Positions 58,281-64,000 of a DNA stretch of 64,000 nt are shown one piece after another. Position 1 is the stretch's first letter; the number at the start of each line of letters is the position of its first letter. A program made the position numbers and the translations under genes. The stretch is from Monocercomonoides exilis PA203 (taxonomy: Eukaryota; Protista; Preaxostyla): NCBI GenBank assembly GCA_001643675.2, contig LSRY02000019.1, positions 1,054,001-1,118,000 on the forward strand. The letters are read 5' to 3'. The notes beneath the pieces are model-generated. The model was not told where the DNA came from and did no database searches. It was given only the letters and a program-made list of their open reading frames with translations.

Positions 58281-61200
58281 ATGCCACGTTTGGGACTGGG
58301 TATTTTTACACTTAGACCAGGCGAGAATATTACATATCACAGTGAGAATACAACCATTCGTTATCTTCTTCACAATACCGAAGGAGAACTTTATGTATCC
58401 AACTATCGTGTAATTTTTCTTCCATGTGCCGATGTGAAAGGAGTATGAATAAAAACATATTTTCCCAAGCGTAAAGATTCGTATTTTCTTTATTTTTTAA
58501 ATTTCTTTTTTTATTCTCGCAAAATAACTTTGAAATAATCATCATTTCAAAAGATCATCAAACAAAAGCCAACAAAGATATATATTGCATCTATATTTAC
58601 ATTTTCAGAGCCAAACGTACCATTTTCAAGTTTCTTTTCAGACGAGTATACATTTGAGATTTCTACGAAAGATTATCTTACTTATCGGTTTGATACACAT
58701 ATCAACTCTATTTTTCAAAAATTATATTTGAAACTTTTATTTCTCAAGCTTCTTATTTAAAGGTGAAAAGCATCAACCAAACCTTTTTCGAACTGCTATT
58801 GAAAAGGCTCTCATCTCGAAAACTAATCCAAGAAGTTTTGCTTTTGCATATCATCGTAGTATCCACCAATATGTACCTCATCTACCTTTATCAAGCGTAA
58901 GCCATGAAAAGCCATTATCATATACTTCTGTTTCTGTTTCTCGTGAAATTACTTCGCCAGCTGATGCAAGTTTTAGTGAAACACAAAATAATTCTTTTTT
59001 GGAAATTAAGTCAATGCCATATCAAAGCAGTGATCTATCAAAAGAGCATTCAATTCACATTGAAACAAAATCTTCGACTAATTTTGTTTCTGACCCTTCC
59101 TGCTTCATCAATCAACATCAACAGTCTTTTATTGACACTAAAAAAGAATTAAAAGATGTACATATTTATTCTAAGGAGGATGCAGAATTAGAGAAGAATC
59201 GAACGCATAACATTGATCAGCTCCATCGTTCTTCGACCATCTTCCCAGTGATAAAGACATCGACAGATACTATTCCAAGCATTGCGAAACCGGAACCTTG
59301 TCAAACGGACTCCAGCCTTATTCACTCTCAGCCAATGACTGATTTAGCTGAACCTTCCACACATTCATTTCACTCGTTCAGTTTGCTTCATTCACCGTCC
59401 ATTTCAAGCAGCAAACACAACACCAATCCATCCGCATCATCTCGCGTACTGCCACATCATTCTGACATTTCGTCGATTTCTTCTTCTTCCACGTCATTTC
59501 AAGACCATTTGCCAACTGTAAAACACAGTATAGTTGGTACAAATACCACATCACATCAAGCCACTCCGCACGAACCGCTCAAGTCCCCCTTGTCTCCTGG
59601 CCTGCCGCCTGCAGCCGGCTCAGCATCGGTGCATTCGCCTGTGAGCGCAGCAGGCGATGAATCAACAGGCCTTTCTTTATCTTCGCCATCACCTTCTTCT
59701 TCTTTCTCTGAAATTGATGTCTTTCCTTCTCCACCAACTCCGTCAGATTCAAACGTGGAGGCTTCCAATTCTTCGCAAGTTAATCGCTCAGACAATCCAA
59801 CTTTTTCTATGCCTTCTTCGTCGAAAAGCCATAAACAAGAAGAAATTGCTACCAAAGAGAAAGAAAAACAAAGAGAAAGAGAAGAAAATAATAGACGATG
59901 TATTACGTATTTCATTGAGGAATACGAATACGAAGAGGTTAGCGAAGAAGAAGAAGAGGTTGAGGAAGAAGAGGAAGAGGAAGAGGAAGAGGAAGAGGAA
60001 GAGGAAGAGGAAGAAGAAGAAGAGGAAGAAGAAGCAGAAGATAATAAAAGGAAAAAAGAGGAAAAGGAAAGAGAAAAAGAAAAAATGAAAGGAAATTTGA
60101 ATGAAACGAAAGAGAAAGCAAATGAAAAGCAAAAAACTCTGAAATTTCAAAGCAAAGAAAGCAATGAACAGCCAACAAACCAGATTAATGCAGTAGAGCA
60201 CAGAAACCCATTCAGCAATGACATTTCTCAGATGACGACACAAAGAATTACAACTGCATTACACACAGAACAATTCCTAGGAAACCAGTCAAATCAATTG
60301 AATGTGCAAAATTGTGCAGAAATTGAAAAACAGACTGGGAAAGAGGGAGGAAAAGCAGAACTCGCAATGAAAAATCAAAATGACAGAAAAGTTAACACAG
60401 AAATTGAACAACCAAAAATGATGCAACCGGATTATTTGTTGGATGTTCAATCAAAAAATGAAGGGGAAAAGGAGAAGAAGGAAAACAAAGTGCCATTTGT
60501 TGTGAAAACAACAGAAGTGGCAAAAGAAAAAGATCACAAAAGCAACGACAATGGAGATTATTATCATAGCAAAAAAGAAGAAGAAGTTGATGATGATAAC
60601 AATAACAGAATAAAAACCCCAAAACAATCAGAGGAAATGAAAGCAGACAGAATAGAATGGGTTGAGCATTCACCCTCTCCATTGTGTTCAAGCAGCGAAT
60701 CGAATGAAACAAGCTCAAACACAAACACAAACACAGAAGCAGAAAGCGATGTGCAATCAACTGCATCATCTTCTTCTGCTACTGCCTCTCCAGATGCTTC
60801 TGATAATCGTTCCTGTTCTTCTTGCTCTGCTTCTTCGGCTTCTTGTTCTGCTTCAACTTTTGATCGTGCGTCGCCTTCGTTTTATTCTTCTTCTCTTTCT
60901 TCACCCACAACTTCCTTTTCAGACGAATATAATTCATCTTATGCAGATTCATCAGAATTGTCATCACCAATAGCGACAACATCTTCTTCCTCTTTATCTT
61001 CTTCCCTTTCTTCTTTATCCTTTTCCTCTTCTCTTTCATCATCTCCCTCATCTTCATCGTCAACCTCCTCCTCCTCCTCTTCTTCTTCTTCTTCTGATTC
61101 ACCCACCTTGTCCTCTTTCACTCTTTTCTCTTCTGGAAGCCAGGCAGACAATGAATTTAGACACCAAAATGAAATAAGTTCAGAAGAAAATCGCAGAAAG

Positions 61201-64000
61201 AGAATGCATTTGCGATCTTCTGAACAGTCGGTATCATTCACAGGTACAACTGATGGTGAAAATGATGATGATGATGATGAAATTTCTAATTCTTCATATT
61301 CTAACAAAGATAATTACCATCATCGTTATCATCGTCATCTTCGCCCTCACAATATAAATAAGCATCTAAGGCAAAACAGAGTACATAGCAGTGTTTCTGC
61401 TTGTTCTGAGCAGTCGAAATCATTTTTTGACAGTTTTTATTCAGAAAGCCAGTCAAATGATGGATCTGAGTCTGTTTCTGGAGCATCTTCGTGGTCAGAT
61501 TCAGAAAATGAACATTTACACAGAAGAAGAAGAGGAGGAGGAAGCAGTGGTAGAAATATTGCTTGCTCGCTTCCTGTTTCAAATATGGCTTCTTATCATT
61601 TATCTTCTTATTCTCCCGAGCAGCTGGAAGACAAAAGAAGGAGGAGGGTTTCGAAGGAGAAGTGGAAGAAGAGGAGGAGAAGGAAGAAGAAGAGGGAAAG
61701 CAGCAGTGGAAGCGGAGGGGCAAGGAATATGTCTGGTGCTAATGCTAATGCTGATGCTGATGCTGATGATGTTATTGTGCCAGTTTCTGTTCCATCTGCT
61801 GAGAACGGAGCAATTCCAAGTAAAGGCAAATACCCTCAGTCCATTTACAAACACAAACACATTCATATCTACAATCACAATCAGAATCATTCACATCTTC
61901 ATTCACATCCTCATTCACATTCTCATACACAATCTCAACCACATTCACACCCTCATTCTCGTATTCAACCTTATTCTCATTCAGCCACTTCATCCAAACC
62001 ACCCATTCCACCCTTGAATATATCCAGCCATTCAACACATCGCCAACACCCTCATCAACCTCAACACTTTCAACGTCTTCATCAGCTTCATCAGCCTCAT
62101 CAATCTCATCATCCTCACCCACAAAACTCCACAAGCCCTCCTTCAGACAATGCAATTCCCTTTGATTCAGCCAAAGGCCCTTCTCTTCTCGTTTCTGTCT
62201 CCCGCCCAAAGGCGCAGCGCTTCCCGAAGGACACGTATGCAGCAGCTGCCTTGCTGTTTGGCGAGCATCTGCCGACAAAAGAGGAGAAAAGGAGGAGAAG
62301 AAGAAGAATTAGAGAGCTGTTCAGAGAGCCCTTTGAGAAGTCTGTGTGTGTGGTGACAAAGGACGGGAAGCAGATTGTGTCGCAAACGGATGTGGGTGAG
62401 GCAAAGGCAAAGACGAAGAATGAAGAAGAAAAGGAAAGAGAAAGGGAAAGAGAAAGAGAGGGAGGAGAAGAAAGAGGAGAAAATGAAGATGACAATGATA
62501 ATGATAATGATGCTGATATTGATAAAGAAGCAAGTGAAGAATTGCCTGCTTTTTCAGCATCTCCTTCATCAGAGCCATCGACAGCTGGCTCTGCTGTCCA
62601 TCCATCTTCTCTTCTTCCTCCTTCTTTGGGCCCTTCCTTTTCAAAGCCTCGTTTTCACTCTGAATTCCACCCCTCTTCTGTGCCAAACCCATCTCTTCAC
62701 GATTGTATCAAACCAGATGTGCTTTCTTCTTCTTCACTAACACCTCAACTGCATCCAATTCACCATTCACGTGTATATTTGTCCCGTTCTCCTGTTTCAT
62801 CATTATCACCTTCTCCTCCTCATCTTTCTTCTTCTTCTTCTTCCCCAACAAACGTGCATTTCCCAATCAACAATGAAAATATCCTTCCTTCTCCTTTGCC
62901 ATCTCCACTCTCTTTTCAGCGCAGCAACACAAACACCTCATCAAATAAGGAATCTTCTTCTTCTTCTTCTTCTTCTTCTTCTTCTTCTTCTTCTTCAGTG
63001 ACTTCATTTTCAGAACCTGTTTCAGATCAAATTCCTCTTCCTCTCTCGTCTTCTTCTAATTATTCATCAGAGAAAGATAAACTGGACAATAAACCAAATA
63101 TTGCATTATCTGAACACGCAAAAAGGAATGAATCATTGAAAGATGAAGATAGTGGAGTGAATAATGGAATAGCCAATACAAATGAGAATAAGAAGGACAC
63201 TGAAGAAACAGTTGATGATAAAAGAGGGAAGAATCAGAAAAAGGAAGAAAATGAAGATGAAAACGAAGAAAAAGAAGTAGACGACGATAATGAAGAAGAA
63301 GAGGAAGAAGAGGAAGAAGACGAAGGAGAGGAAGGAGAGGAAGGAAATATTCAGAAAAAGTCTCTTCGTGAACAAGAACAACCGCCAACCCCAGTTCAGT
63401 TTGTACCCTTTTCAGATCCCTTCCGAAAGGAATTGCAAAGTAAATCTCAAAGAAACAGCAACATTGCATTCAATGACAATCAACATGCACTCCAAAATGC
63501 TTCATCATCATCTTCCTCTTCCTCTTCCTCTTCTTCCTTTTCAAATTGCATCTCATCAATACGCTCAAAACCTTCATTACATCTTTCCAACTCGTTCGAT
63601 TCAATCCCTTCTGCTTCTTCCGACTTCTTCTCTTCTCCCTGTACTCCTCCTTCTCCTCCTTCTCCAGCATCTCCTTCTCCTTCCACACAAACAACTGATT
63701 TAGCCTCGTCATTCTGCCCCTCAACCACATTTTCCCCTCCTCCCGCACTTGTTTCCATTCATCCACAATTCACAGAAAATAACCACTTGAATCAAAATAT
63801 AAGCCAAATTATGAGCCAAAATCATCATCAGAACCAGCTTGTTCAACAGAACATTCAACAAATTCAACAGATTCAGCAGCAAATTCAACAAAACCAACAA
63901 GAAGATCCGCTTTCAACCAGCCAAAAACTCAGTTTGAGTGATTATCATTCGCAGATGACACAAAGCTCTGCTTCAATGATATCACATTCTCATCAGCTGC
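58281..64000 (+). CDS. Myotubularin-like protein (N-terminal PH-GRAM) followed by more than 1700 aa of low-complexity sequence; 3'-partial
   Basis: Exons give LRPGENI...EGELYVSNYRVIFLP, FEISTKDYLTYR|FLF and RSFAFAY, which match myotubularin PH-GRAM motifs. The frame from 58750 was spot-checked and appears open to the window end, which explains its absence from the ORF track. Confidence 0.75.

Noticed and set aside
58904-63766. Numerous short Leu-, Lys/Arg- or Phe-rich ORFs on both strands
   Set aside because: Alternative-frame readings of TCT/GAA low-complexity tracts within the single long frame +1 gene.

Overview
Eukaryotic, AT-rich genomic DNA with many short GT-AG introns, long Ser/Glu low-complexity tracts and the standard genetic code (well-supported genes end in TAA, TAG or TGA). 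Gene content and style suggest an anaerobic flagellated protist, most like an oxymonad such as Monocercomonoides; this is inference, not a database match. About 19 protein-coding loci are supported: a PP2C phosphatase with huge inserts, two paralogous tandem-OB-fold-like proteins (one with a U-box-like end), a Kelch/Cys-rich membrane protein, a STE20 kinase, a CCX-type cation/Ca2+ exchanger, two head-to-head TM2-domain genes, two MFS transporters, eL22, RSPH14, an RRM protein, a multi-pass membrane protein, a Pho80-type cyclin with a PAM2 motif, methionine gamma-lyase and a conserved Ser/His/Lys-rich protein. The other two are missing from the ORF track: a spliced 79-aa two-TM microprotein and a myotubularin-like gene running off the 3' end. 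About 13.5-23.4 kb is a graveyard of pseudogenes, a PIF/Harbinger-type transposase, a Merlin/IS1595-type remnant and inverted-repeat elements. MITEs with recognisable ends lie at 38.6-39.3 kb and 47.6-48.1 kb. No rRNA, tRNA or CRISPR array was seen. Exon boundaries were read by eye.
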